Virus record (IMG/VR): IMGVR_UViG_3300037461_000368
Span: 1-55,992 of that record
Origin: a virus
Taxonomy: Duplodnaviria > Caudoviricetes
Reading direction: 5' to 3' (one strand)
DNA length: 55,992 bases
Positions 45,386-54,035 of the stretch are shown here, in pieces. The position numbers were made by a program, and so were the translations under genes. Positions within the stretch are counted from its first letter, which is position 1, and each line of letters starts with the position of its first letter. The notes beneath the pieces were generated by a model that was not told the DNA's origin, did no database searches, and saw nothing but the letters and a program-made list of their open reading frames with translations.

Positions 45386-45726
45386 GGCGGTCTCCCCATT
45401 ACAACGGTAGAGTAAAGATCAGCGCGTGATGTGCCGCGCGGTATATGGATTGACATCTCTGGCGCTGTAATGTTGTAGCGCGGGGAGATGAAATGAAACT
45501 CGCATGTTACGAGCCGACCCGCCATGCGTCGAAGCGCTTCATGCTCGGCCGCCGTGAAGCACGAGAAATCCTGCCCGACGCCGATCTTGAAGACCAACTT
45601 CTCAGGTAGGATGAGCTCGTGAACGTATCGGCTCTTGAGCACCGCGCCGAGTGCGCTTGCCGGAATGACGAGCGGGAAGAACACCGCCGCGAACTTGCCG
45701 AAGAATGCACGTCTCGTGTCGGTCAC
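45367..45726 (-). CDS. Hypothetical protein with twin-arginine-like N-terminus
   Basis: TRRAFF followed by a hydrophobic stretch; GGAGG RBS. Confidence 0.5.
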   Translation of the reverse strand: MTDTRRAFFGKFAAVFFPLVIPASALGAVLKSRYVHELILPEKLVFKIGVGQDFSCFTAAEHEALRRMAGRLVTCEFHFISPRYNITAPEMSIHIPRGTSRADLYSTVVMGRPPCNSTP

Positions 45727-46079
45727 TTCTCTACCTCCTTTCGGTTCCCTTCCCTTAGCCAATCGAGCGCATCCGCCGGCCACTCGAACACCGGAATCCC
45801 GGCCGCAATCGCCGCCGTCCGCTCACGCCACGCGCCGTCAGACGCGACCGAGCCATACCCCATGACGACGCAGTCGCACCGATTCATAATCTCGATGTAC
45901 CGTGCGATGAACTGCTCGTCTGATATGCAGCCGCCGAAGAACGCCGAGTTGAGATGCGGGCACACAACCGCGAACCCCCCGATCCACAGGATCTCGGCGA
46001 CGTTCGCCGCACGGTCGATGTTGTGCCGGACTTCGATCTCCGTCTTCCCGCGATAGGGACCGGCGACGTAAGCGATCAT
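45723..46079 (-). CDS. DUF4406/DUF1937-like (nucleoside deoxyribosyltransferase-fold) protein
   Basis: YVAGPY, CPHLN, RCD, SDGA..E...A...GIPVF. Confidence 0.8.
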   Translation of the reverse strand: MIAYVAGPYRGKTEIEVRHNIDRAANVAEILWIGGFAVVCPHLNSAFFGGCISDEQFIARYIEIMNRCDCVVMGYGSVASDGAWRERTAAIAAGIPVFEWPADALDWLREGNRKEVEK

Positions 46080-46330
46080 CGTTCTCTCGTCTCCCATGAA
46101 TCGCAGCTCCAGTCCGCGTGGACGAATCGGCCGTCGCTGACACAGAGCTTCTCGCCGCCATACTTCGTGCACGTGTAGACCTTGCCGGGGCAGTTGACGC
46201 GGTCGCGGACGTACACGTGCTTACAGTTGTCGCACCGCTTTGGGTGCGGCCGAAGGTTCGGCGGCTCGCATTCCATGTCAACTCCGATCCGATCCACGTT
46301 CCCGCACTTCGAGCATTTGCACCAGATCAT
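46076..46330 (-). CDS. Cys-rich zinc-binding protein
   Basis: CSKC, CDNCKH, C..Y, CDSW. Confidence 0.6.
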   Translation of the reverse strand: MIWCKCSKCGNVDRIGVDMECEPPNLRPHPKRCDNCKHVYVRDRVNCPGKVYTCTKYGGEKLCVSDGRFVHADWSCDSWETRER

Positions 46331-46911
46331 CGTTTCTTCTCCACAAACATGAGCCCCGAGTGGTAGTGAACGGCCTCGATGTCTCGTACCGCCGTGGGGC
46401 ACCGCGAGCGGTCGCCGTTCACATGGTCAACGAAACGGTGCAGGATCGCCGGCCCGTTCACTTCGCATCGGAACTCCTCCCACCACTGACAGAACGAGTC
46501 CTCGATCACATAGAACCCTCCCGGCACGACGAGCGGCCAGAGCGCGTGGAAGGCGTGCTCTATGTCCGTCGCCTTGTGGCTCCCGTCGTCAACGACGACG
46601 CGCAGGTCGAGCTCGCCGAGCGACGACAGCAGCCGCGTCTCGTCGGCCACGTCGCACAGCGTGAAGACCCACCGATCCCGATTCGGCACCTTGTGCGCGC
46701 ATTCGATATCGACGCCGTAGACGGTGGCGTTCGGAAAGTAGTCGAGCCACATCTTGATCGACGCGCCGCGGCGGACGCCGATCTCGAGCAGGTTGAAGCG
46801 CTCGTCCCGGAACGGCGCGAAGTACCGCTCGTACACGGGACAGTACCCGTGCGTCGCCTTGTCGGTCGCGTAATGCTCGGCGAGCTCGTGTAGCGTTGGC
46901 GGGATCGTCAT
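46327..46911 (-). CDS. Sugar O-methyltransferase-like (MycE/TylE-type) SAM enzyme
   Basis: TDK..HGY..YE.YF, LLEIGV..GAS..MW..YF, DDGSH, GGFYVIED. Confidence 0.8.
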   Translation of the reverse strand: MTIPPTLHELAEHYATDKATHGYCPVYERYFAPFRDERFNLLEIGVRRGASIKMWLDYFPNATVYGVDIECAHKVPNRDRWVFTLCDVADETRLLSSLGELDLRVVVDDGSHKATDIEHAFHALWPLVVPGGFYVIEDSFCQWWEEFRCEVNGPAILHRFVDHVNGDRSRCPTAVRDIEAVHYHSGLMFVEKKR

Positions 46912-47561
46912 GGCTGCTCTTCTCCCCATTCTCCGGACGCGATCAGCTCCTTGCGCCGGGCGTCGGCGCTTGCTATGGCGTCCTTGTGGTCCCGAGCTGA
47001 GCAGCAGCCGATCAGCCACCAAACCTTGTCGGTCGGGTTCTTCCCGTGCGGCGCTGGGACGAGCTTCCAGTCGGCCAGCGGCTTGTCGTCGGCAACCGCG
47101 CAGGCTTGCTCAACCTTCCCGTCCCGCCACAGGATGACGACATACTTCGGGTCCGGCAGGTCTTCCCACGGCGTGTTTGCGGCAAGCATCTGCGCGCGCT
47201 TCTCGTTCGCGATCTTCACGGCGTGCTTCGCGTCGCGCGCGTAGCAGGTGCCGTACAGGATCTGCGGACGCGAAGACTCTCCGAGCAATCGATTCCTTGA
47301 AACGAGTGTCCAATTGTTGCCGTCTTGCGCGGGACTATCCCAGTACGATTGCTTGACATACTCAACGGTCCCGTCGCGTCGCATCTTGATGTACCAGACC
47401 TTCTCTCCTTCGTTCCACCCAGGCGCGTCACACTCCCACTCGGCGGGGTCGTTGCTTTCGCTGTTTATTTTGCTATACGCGACGGCGCGCGCAAGCGTCG
47501 TGAACACCCCGGTGACGCGGTAGTCCGAATACTCGCCGGCCGACGTTACCCACACCTTCAT
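46908..47561 (-). CDS. Hypothetical phage protein with duplicated ARD..A...A...R motif
   Basis: GEYSDY.V.GVF start; internal repeat. Confidence 0.65.
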   Translation of the reverse strand: MKVWVTSAGEYSDYRVTGVFTTLARAVAYSKINSESNDPAEWECDAPGWNEGEKVWYIKMRRDGTVEYVKQSYWDSPAQDGNNWTLVSRNRLLGESSRPQILYGTCYARDAKHAVKIANEKRAQMLAANTPWEDLPDPKYVVILWRDGKVEQACAVADDKPLADWKLVPAPHGKNPTDKVWWLIGCCSARDHKDAIASADARRKELIASGEWGEEQP

Positions 47562-47749
47562 GATTCGTTCTCCTTCTCCCGTAGTAGGACTGCAATCTCC
47601 TGCGCCGATTCGCAGATCGCGTTGACGAGCGCGCGCGTCACGTCGCGGTCGTTCTGAAGCGTGAACGCCGCATGCGCCGTGTCGCTCCACACCTGAATGC
47701 ACCGGAGCTTCGACGCTACGTTCGTGTCGTATCGCTGCTTGTGGCTCAT
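47558..47749 (-). CDS. Hypothetical protein
   Basis: ATGA overlap; GGAG RBS. Confidence 0.5.
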   Translation of the reverse strand: MSHKQRYDTNVASKLRCIQVWSDTAHAAFTLQNDRDVTRALVNAICESAQEIAVLLREKENES

Positions 47750-47765
47750 GGCTGCTCCGCTTGTC

Positions 47766-47975
47766 TCACGGCGTCGGCTCTTCGCCGCCGCACTCCCAAC
47801 GGATGTTGCGTATGGTCACGGCGAGCGGGTCAAGTGCTTTTGCCTGCTCTTCCACCCACTTGTGTTCGGCGTGTGCGTAGGCGATAGTCACCAGTCGAAT
47901 CATGGCGACATGGAACCGCTTCCACTGCTCGCGCTCGAACGATAACAGCACTTGGTCGAATGGCGAGTCAGGCAT
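47766..47975 (-). CDS. Hypothetical protein
   Basis: Operon overlap. Confidence 0.5.
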   Translation of the reverse strand: MPDSPFDQVLLSFEREQWKRFHVAMIRLVTIAYAHAEHKWVEEQAKALDPLAVTIRNIRWECGGEEPTP

Positions 47976-48183
47976 TCTCAGTCTCCTTCACGGCGTCCCG
48001 GAGCTGCGCGAACGGCGCGTTGAGCTTCTCGTTCACGAGCGGTCCGAGCGTCCCTTCTGTGCTGAATGGCACGTCCGACATTATCTGTAGCACCGCCTTC
48101 GCCGCCGCCAGGAGCGCATCCCGCTGCCGCCGCATCTCGGCATAAGCAAGTAGCGATTGGCCGCACACCTCACACCGTGTCAT
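47968..48183 (-). CDS. Hypothetical protein
   Basis: MTRCEVCG; AGGAG RBS. Confidence 0.5.
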   Translation of the reverse strand: MTRCEVCGQSLLAYAEMRRQRDALLAAAKAVLQIMSDVPFSTEGTLGPLVNEKLNAPFAQLRDAVKETENA

Positions 48184-48310
48184 CGCTCTTCTCCTTCCGT
48201 CTCCCGTCCCGTTCGCTTTCACGGTCTGCGTTGTGCGCCGCGACGCAGATCGACATGATCGCGATCCCGATTGCAGTCCCGATACATACGCCGAGTAGCA
48301 GTTCAGCCAT
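48170..48310 (-). CDS. Small single-TM protein, 46 aa
   Basis: Own translation MAELLLGVCIGTAIGIAIMSICVAA...; TAATG coupling. Confidence 0.5.
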   Translation of the reverse strand: MAELLLGVCIGTAIGIAIMSICVAAHNADRESERDGRRKEKSDDTV

Positions 48311-48564
48311 TACTCTTCCTCCGCCATATCCCAAAACGTGATGCCCGACATAAGCCGGTAGTCACCAGTCGAGCTAAACCGCCGAACAGCCGGACGATCC
48401 GGTGGAATCGTTCCGCTCGGAGTCGGCACAAACAGTGGCATTGCCGGTACCAGGGGAATCTCAATCAACACCGGCGGATGGTCGGCCTCCCATTCCATCA
48501 CGCGGGTACAGCCGCACCGGGTACGGAGAACCAAGTATAGCTTCGTCACGTCTTCTCCCTCCAC
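48310..48564 (-). CDS. Hypothetical protein
   Basis: LRTRCGC; operon overlap. Confidence 0.5.
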   Translation of the reverse strand: MEGEDVTKLYLVLRTRCGCTRVMEWEADHPPVLIEIPLVPAMPLFVPTPSGTIPPDRPAVRRFSSTGDYRLMSGITFWDMAEEE

Positions 48565-48764
48565 GCCTTCCGGCAGTCCTTCTCCGTGATCCCGAGCCGG
48601 TCGAAGAACTCACGGAGCGTAAACGACTCGCCTTGAATCCCGACACACGAATCGTACCACCCGCCGATGTCGATTCGCTGCGCGCTCGGCGTCCATGTGA
48701 TGCTGATGCCGTCAGATGAAGACATTCCGTCGTTGTAGTTGTCCAGATAGACCGTCTTAGGCAT
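48546..48764 (-). CDS. Hypothetical protein
   Basis: MPKTVYLD...IGGWYDS; TGATG coupling. Confidence 0.55.
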   Translation of the reverse strand: MPKTVYLDNYNDGMSSSDGISITWTPSAQRIDIGGWYDSCVGIQGESFTLREFFDRLGITEKDCRKAWREKT

Positions 48765-49483
48765 CAGAACGGTACCTCCTCGCTCGTGGTTTCCTGGAAC
48801 GGCACCGGCTCCGGCTCGACGCTTGCGACGACGGCCGCGACGTCGGGCGCTATCGGCGCCTCGGCCGCCGCCTTCGCCTGCCGGGCGAGCCGCCGTGCGA
48901 TACGGTACGACTCGCGCACCATGTCCCACGCGAACCACCAATCCGCCGTGCCTTTGCCTTCGTACGTGTAGTTGCGATTCGACATCGCACGGTGAATATA
49001 GTCCTCGCGAAAGAGCCGCACCTGCGCCTGTAGGCCGTGGTCGCGGCACGGGTACACCTGTCCGTTCGCGCATACACAGGGGATCGTGAAGTGGTACAGG
49101 ACGCCGTTCTCGGGATCGATGCAGATGTCGATGCTGCCGTCGAACTCGCGGGGGCGACCCGTGAACCACATCATGCCGCTTGAGTCGCACAAATCACACG
49201 GCACCTTCGGCCCGGTGTCGAGCTTCTGTTGGACGAAACGGGGCTTGAGCTTCCGCCATGCGCGCTCGAACGCGGCGAGGCGTGGTATGAAGCTCTTGGC
49301 TCCCAACGACTCTGTGACGGTCGCGAAGAGTAGCTCAAAGGCATCGGACGGTATCTGGTCGATCATGCGATACCAGATCCTTTGCTGCTCTTCGTCTTCA
49401 GCCGAGAACCAGGGTCCGTATCTCGCCTCGTATGCTGCCACAAACCTTCTCCGCTTTTCCGGAATCGTCAAGTCTGCGCTCAA
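48764..49483 (-). CDS. Replication-associated protein with zinc finger
   Basis: N-terminal helical region ending F.P..A; CDLC...CVC; ends EEVPF. Confidence 0.5.
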   Translation of the reverse strand: MSADLTIPEKRRRFVAAYEARYGPWFSAEDEEQQRIWYRMIDQIPSDAFELLFATVTESLGAKSFIPRLAAFERAWRKLKPRFVQQKLDTGPKVPCDLCDSSGMMWFTGRPREFDGSIDICIDPENGVLYHFTIPCVCANGQVYPCRDHGLQAQVRLFREDYIHRAMSNRNYTYEGKGTADWWFAWDMVRESYRIARRLARQAKAAAEAPIAPDVAAVVASVEPEPVPFQETTSEEVPF

Positions 49484-49512
49484 GAATCACTCCTCCACCA
49501 CGATACGAATCG

Positions 49513-49920
49513 CTACGGCTTCACCTTGGCAAGTCTTCGCTCGGTCTCTTTCGACAGCTTCAACGCCATCGCGGCCGCCTTCTTGTGGACGAGCCGCACG
49601 AAATCGCCAATCGCACCGGCAGCATAAACTTGGACTTCCTTTGGCGCGAGCTCGATTGCCATTGAATGGGAGATAATACTGCGCCAGCTCTGAAGGCTCA
49701 CGAGCCATGGGCCAAACGAGTCTGTGTATGTGAGGCACCATTTTAGGCCAGAGGAGTCTTTGTAGAAGCGTTTTCCTATCACGCTGACTCGCACGTCACA
49801 AGTCTTGAGCTGCCCGGCCACCTGATTGAACTCAAGACAGGCCAGCTTCGCGGCTTCGTTAATCGTGTTGGCGCTGCGCTCGATCTGCTCCGCCATCTTC
49901 TTGCGCTCTTCTGCTTCCAT
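49513..49920 (-). CDS. Hypothetical protein
   Basis: AGGAGACTGAC RBS. Confidence 0.6.
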   Translation of the reverse strand: MEAEERKKMAEQIERSANTINEAAKLACLEFNQVAGQLKTCDVRVSVIGKRFYKDSSGLKWCLTYTDSFGPWLVSLQSWRSIISHSMAIELAPKEVQVYAAGAIGDFVRLVHKKAAAMALKLSKETERRLAKVKP

Positions 49921-49983
49921 GTCAGTCTCCTTTCGTTCTGGGCCTTTTATGGACGTGCCCAGGTCCGGTCCCTGAGTCTGTGC

Positions 49984-50868
49984 CTACGCTGCAGCTTCCG
50001 GGAGCTCCTTCTTCTCGTTGAACTCCAGCTTCTTCATGGTGTGATTCTTCCGATAGGCGTTCCACGCCTTGATGCAAAGGCCATACGTCTTGCCAGGCTT
50101 CACCTTGTTCCCGTTGGTGTAAGGCGGAACCCGATTGAGCATGGCGAGAAGCTCAAGGGACAGAAGATGCGCGGGTTCCTGGGGATCGTCGTGCCGATCA
50201 TGCACAACGTCATCCCAGAACTTGCTTGCCTGGTCGGGATTTCGCGACCAAGTAATCCACATTGCCGCCGCGACGGACTTCTGCTTCCCCTCCTTGAACT
50301 TGCTCCAGTCCAGGGAGTGGAACCAGCGAACGAATAGCGGCGTGTCTTCCCGGTGAAGGTTCTGTCCCACATCGTCGCCCTGCGGAATGCCACCGACTCC
50401 CTCATAGGTGGACATCTGCCAAGCGAATCCGTCCAACGCACGAAGGGTGATTGCCGCATCGAACTCGTCGGTAGGCATGTAGACGCCCTGATAGGCGCCA
50501 CAGATGTCCGTCCGGCTGCGAGACGACTGCCGAGCGTCGAACTGCCGGAACAGTTCGCACATGCCCGCGCTGCTATCCACCTCGAACGTGTCGTAGTGGC
50601 AATACAGCCCTTCGGGGAAGTCGCCGTCAGACTCAGAGAGAACGAACGACGAGTGCTGGCCGTTCATGCGACACGGCTTCCCGTTTACGATTGCGACCGC
50701 CCACTGGGGGGGGAGGAAAAGGCCCTGCTCGATCTTCCCCTTGAGAAACCGCACACGAAGCGGCTTAAGCTCCCTCTCCGTCGGCGACGGTGCAAGCTGC
50801 TGATGCTTCTGCACCAGCTCCCGCGTAAGCGGGAGAACCTCGGACTTAACGAGTCGGAAACTAGGCAT
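49984..50868 (-). CDS. ParB/Srx-like (DGQHR-type) domain protein
   Basis: ER.L...RV......GLF...RMNGQHSS...FD....SR. Confidence 0.6.
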   Translation of the reverse strand: MPSFRLVKSEVLPLTRELVQKHQQLAPSPTERELKPLRVRFLKGKIEQGLFLPPQWAVAIVNGKPCRMNGQHSSFVLSESDGDFPEGLYCHYDTFEVDSSAGMCELFRQFDARQSSRSRTDICGAYQGVYMPTDEFDAAITLRALDGFAWQMSTYEGVGGIPQGDDVGQNLHREDTPLFVRWFHSLDWSKFKEGKQKSVAAAMWITWSRNPDQASKFWDDVVHDRHDDPQEPAHLLSLELLAMLNRVPPYTNGNKVKPGKTYGLCIKAWNAYRKNHTMKKLEFNEKKELPEAAA

Positions 50869-51712
50869 TTGAGCCTCCTTCTAAAATAGGGGTTTTCGCT
50901 TCGTCCAGAGAGAGTCCATTTCTCTCTCTGCAGTGGAAGCGTTGCTCTTTGCCGGAAAGAAAACTCTTGAATCGTTCGATGTTTTCTGCGATCGTCCGAA
51001 ACAGCAGGAGCGCATACGCCGGAGAAAACATTGCCGAATGCCGGTGGCTGTATGTGATGCCTTCCTTAAGTAAGGTGTCGCACGTGTCAAGCAGCTTTGC
51101 CACCTCGTCGCCTGGAACCTGCTCCCGTCTGAATCCCCGCTTGATCGGTCGAAGTCGGTATCTGGTCGTTGTCGGTCCGCCATCCCCGTTTGTCTCTACG
51201 CGAGCCATGCCGATTGTTCCATCTTTCATTCGAGACAGCGACGATTTCAGCGTACCGATCGGCACGTCAATAGCCTCGGCCATCGCGGAGAGGTGCCGCC
51301 ACTTCCAATCGCCGAACTTGTCCACGATCGTCTTGCATACGTCGGGTGCGTGGTGCTTCTTCACGACGATCTCTTCAGACAGGCTCTCGGCCACCGCCTT
51401 GAACCTTGGCCCTTCCCCCAGGCCGGAGTCCGTTTTCTCCCAGTACGCGCGAAAACGCCGCTCTGAGAGGTTTTTCGGGATCGCTTGAGTACCATGGTAC
51501 TCAAGCCATTGCAGAAACCGTCCGAACCGGAGCAGGAAGTCCACCGTCTTCTGCGAGCACCGTTCCGCCTTGGCGATCTCGCGCTGCGTCCAGCCGGAGT
51601 CAAGGTACAGATCGGCAAGGCGCTGCTCGCGTACGGCACCAGCGAACGCCTTGCTGTCCCGGTATTCCGCTTCGATCTCTTTGCGCTTGGCTTTGAACTC
51701 TTCCATGGTCAT
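50861..51712 (-). CDS. HTH-containing DNA-binding protein, partner of the ParB-like gene
   Basis: SGWTQREIAKAERCSQKTVDFLLRFGRF HTH; second HTH-like segment. Confidence 0.65.
   Translation of the reverse strand: MTMEEFKAKRKEIEAEYRDSKAFAGAVREQRLADLYLDSGWTQREIAKAERCSQKTVDFLLRFGRFLQWLEYHGTQAIPKNLSERRFRAYWEKTDSGLGEGPRFKAVAESLSEEIVVKKHHAPDVCKTIVDKFGDWKWRHLSAMAEAIDVPIGTLKSSLSRMKDGTIGMARVETNGDGGPTTTRYRLRPIKRGFRREQVPGDEVAKLLDTCDTLLKEGITYSHRHSAMFSPAYALLLFRTIAENIERFKSFLSGKEQRFHCRERNGLSLDEAKTPILEGGSNA
51483..51506. repeat. 24-bp perfect palindrome GCTTGAGTACCATGGTACTCAAGC
   Basis: Read directly from the sequence. Confidence 0.95.
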
Positions 51713-51927
51713 GGCTTTACCTTCTGCTGTATCGAGACGCTTGACCGCCGCACCCACGCGGATAGGTCATCGATGAGCACGTAGATCCTTCTGCCGATCC
51801 GAACGGTTGGAAGTGCGTTCCTTCGCTTGCGGCTCCACCGCCATGCCGTTGACGGGTTGACGTGTATGGCTTCGGCGAAGTCGTCAAGGGTCGTGACGGT
51901 GACGTCTCCGAGTTGAATGCTCTTCAT
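51709..51927 (-). CDS. HTH_17/excisionase-like DNA-binding protein
   Basis: TLDDFAEAIHVNPSTAWRW...LPTVRIGRRI. Confidence 0.7.
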   Translation of the reverse strand: MKSIQLGDVTVTTLDDFAEAIHVNPSTAWRWSRKRRNALPTVRIGRRIYVLIDDLSAWVRRSSVSIQQKVKP

Positions 51928-51936
51928 GTGGCGCTC

Positions 51937-52125
51937 CTACCGTGGCCGCCGCTCGTTCGACCGGACCCACGACGTCAGCCTTTCGCGGTCGAACCGGATC
52001 GTCTTGCCGATTGCGATTGCAGGAAGTGGGTTCCACTTTCGTTTCCGCCACCGCCACAAGGTTGGTTGTGAGACGTTGAGCAGCTTCGCGGTTTCGTCCA
52101 GGGTGAGAAATGGTTTGTCTTCCAT
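51937..52125 (-). CDS. HTH_17/excisionase-like DNA-binding protein (tandem paralog)
   Basis: FLTLDETAKLLNVSQPTLWRW...LPAIAIGKTIRF. Confidence 0.8.
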   Translation of the reverse strand: MEDKPFLTLDETAKLLNVSQPTLWRWRKRKWNPLPAIAIGKTIRFDRERLTSWVRSNERRPR

Positions 52126-52126
52126 G

Positions 52127-52939
52127 TCACATCGCCTCCTCCGCCTGCTTCCGCGTATCCGCCGCATCGGTCGGCATGTCGAAGTTCGGGACCGCCTTCT
52201 GTGGTGCCGACCGTCGGCCGCGATACTCGCCGCCGTTATTCTGACAGCGTTCGAGCCACCGATTCAAAAACCTGCTGCGGCCGCGGGACGTTTTCCGTCT
52301 ATCGACGTTTGCAACTTCCCATGCGTGTGCCGCCGCGATCTCGCGCTTGACGTCCACCGCGGGATACGCAGCCTTCCACGCCGGCAGCAAATCCGGCAGG
52401 TGCCGACGGAGCGACGGGTCGTCCTGATACAGCTCAAGGCCGACGACTTCCGGCACCGGCGGCGGGAGATCCTTGCTCGGTGCGAGCTCGCGTGCGGTCT
52501 TCGGCTTCCGCAGCGAGACTTCCGCGTCCGGCTCCGTCTCTTCGTCCTGCTCTTCGTCCCCGTCGGTCGCGAGCGCGACGGTCTCGGCCATGACCGTCTC
52601 TGGACGTACCGGCGCCTCGACGACGATCTCCTTGTGCTTCCACTCCCTTCCACCGATCACCTTCGTCTCGATCGGGACGTCGAGCGGAGTATCGACGGCG
52701 ATCGGCTCCCTGCGTGTCGGGTCCGAGAGCGGACCGAGCAGGCTGTCGGCGTCCGCCCTCGCCTTCCGCGGCCGGCCGCGCGCCTTCTTCGGCTTCTCGG
52801 CCAGTTCCGCAGCGGCCCTGCCCACGATTGCCGTAGACGCTTCCCGCGCTATAAACAGCGCGAAGAGCGATGGGTTTAGCGTCCTCAATGATTCCATAGC
52901 CATCTCCATGTAGGTCTCAAGGTCAGGTCCGGTCTCCAT
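52127..52939 (-). CDS. Replication initiator-like protein
   Basis: C-terminal W..AYPAVDV..EI.....W...N..RRK......FL.RWL.R.Q. Confidence 0.6.
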   Translation of the reverse strand: METGPDLETYMEMAMESLRTLNPSLFALFIAREASTAIVGRAAAELAEKPKKARGRPRKARADADSLLGPLSDPTRREPIAVDTPLDVPIETKVIGGREWKHKEIVVEAPVRPETVMAETVALATDGDEEQDEETEPDAEVSLRKPKTARELAPSKDLPPPVPEVVGLELYQDDPSLRRHLPDLLPAWKAAYPAVDVKREIAAAHAWEVANVDRRKTSRGRSRFLNRWLERCQNNGGEYRGRRSAPQKAVPNFDMPTDAADTRKQAEEAM

Positions 52940-52940
52940 G

Positions 52941-53261
52941 TCAGTCTCCTTTCTTTTCCGTTTCGCAAGCCTTCGTCCACGCCTCGACATTCGGCGCATA
53001 CGACTTGTCGCGCTCGCACCAGGTCTTGAGCAGCGACCACGAGATGATCTTGAGTCCGCCCTCGATCGCCACGGCGATCTGCTTCAGGATGGCCCTTGCT
53101 TCGCCCTCTCCACCAACATGCCCGAGACCAGATTCTACCTCTCTGTCGCGATATAACGCCTTTATCTCGTACCCATTGCGGACTGCCGACGGATAGACGC
53201 AGTACGCGCCAGCGAGGCTAATGAGCGCTCCGTCTTCCGCTTCGATCCACAGGTCAGGCAT
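52941..53261 (-). CDS. Hypothetical protein
   Basis: AGGAG RBS. Confidence 0.55.
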   Translation of the reverse strand: MPDLWIEAEDGALISLAGAYCVYPSAVRNGYEIKALYRDREVESGLGHVGGEGEARAILKQIAVAIEGGLKIISWSLLKTWCERDKSYAPNVEAWTKACETEKKGD

Positions 53262-53514
53262 TGGTCGTCTCCTTCTCGTCCCATGGCGGCATGGTCGTCC
53301 ACTTCGCCACCATCGCGTGGTGTCCGGCTCGCGCCTTGATCTCGGTATCGTAACGCTCGGCGGCAAGCTCAAGAAAACTCGTGACCTCTTTGCCGTCTGC
53401 AGGAAACACCATTGTTTCGTACGGCCTTGGTGCGCCCCAAACCGCAACGCGGAGCGACACCGTCGAGACGCAGTACCCGTTCGGCAGGAAGGTCTTCAGG
53501 TCAAGGTCAGGCAT
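53254..53514 (-). CDS. Conserved phage hypothetical protein
   Basis: VSTV.L......YETMVF....RY.T...A.AGH. Confidence 0.65.
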   Translation of the reverse strand: MPDLDLKTFLPNGYCVSTVSLRVAVWGAPRPYETMVFPADGKEVTSFLELAAERYDTEIKARAGHHAMVAKWTTMPPWDEKETTNA

Positions 53515-54034
53515 GTCTACGCTCCTTCTTCGCGCTCGGTGTGAAGTTGAGCCAGGCGAACTCACCATACAATTCCTTCGCTGCCCGATCGTATGCTCTC
53601 GCCGCATCATCTTCGCTCTTGAAACACCCCAAGTAGATTTTCCTTCCGTCGGGTCTGTGGCCCAGGCACCGTATGTGCGCGTACCACATTCGGTCTCGCG
53701 CGTTCCAGCTTAAGCCGTGGTATTTCGACACTGTGCCTTTCTTCTCTTTCTTGTTGTGCGAGTTCTGGTAGTGTTCGCAAAAGCGAAGATTCGATTTTCT
53801 GTTGTCGGTGCCGACGTGGTTCTTGTGGTCTATCTCTTGTCCCTTCTCTGCGTTCATAACCACCCGATGCATAACAATCGTTCTTCTCGGTCCATCTCGA
53901 CGAGAGCTCCGGCGGGATGCATAGACGGTCCCACTAGCGGTAACGTGGGCGGTCCACACGTGCTTTGATATGCGCTCGTAGTCTTCGTCATCGACCAAAG
54001 CAAACATTCCGCGAGACAATCGTATCTGTCGCAT
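53507..54034 (-). CDS. HNH-AP2 homing endonuclease
   Basis: ALVDDED, MHRVVM, IDHKNHVGTDNRKSNLR, AP2 YLGCF...AARAYD.AA...GEFA.LNF. Confidence 0.92.
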   Translation of the reverse strand: MRQIRLSRGMFALVDDEDYERISKHVWTAHVTASGTVYASRRSSRRDGPRRTIVMHRVVMNAEKGQEIDHKNHVGTDNRKSNLRFCEHYQNSHNKKEKKGTVSKYHGLSWNARDRMWYAHIRCLGHRPDGRKIYLGCFKSEDDAARAYDRAAKELYGEFAWLNFTPSAKKERRHA

Positions 54035-54035
54035 T

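Noticed and set aside
51483-51506. Protelomerase telRL site
   Set aside because: No protelomerase gene; the phage has int/attP; the palindrome is short and intragenic
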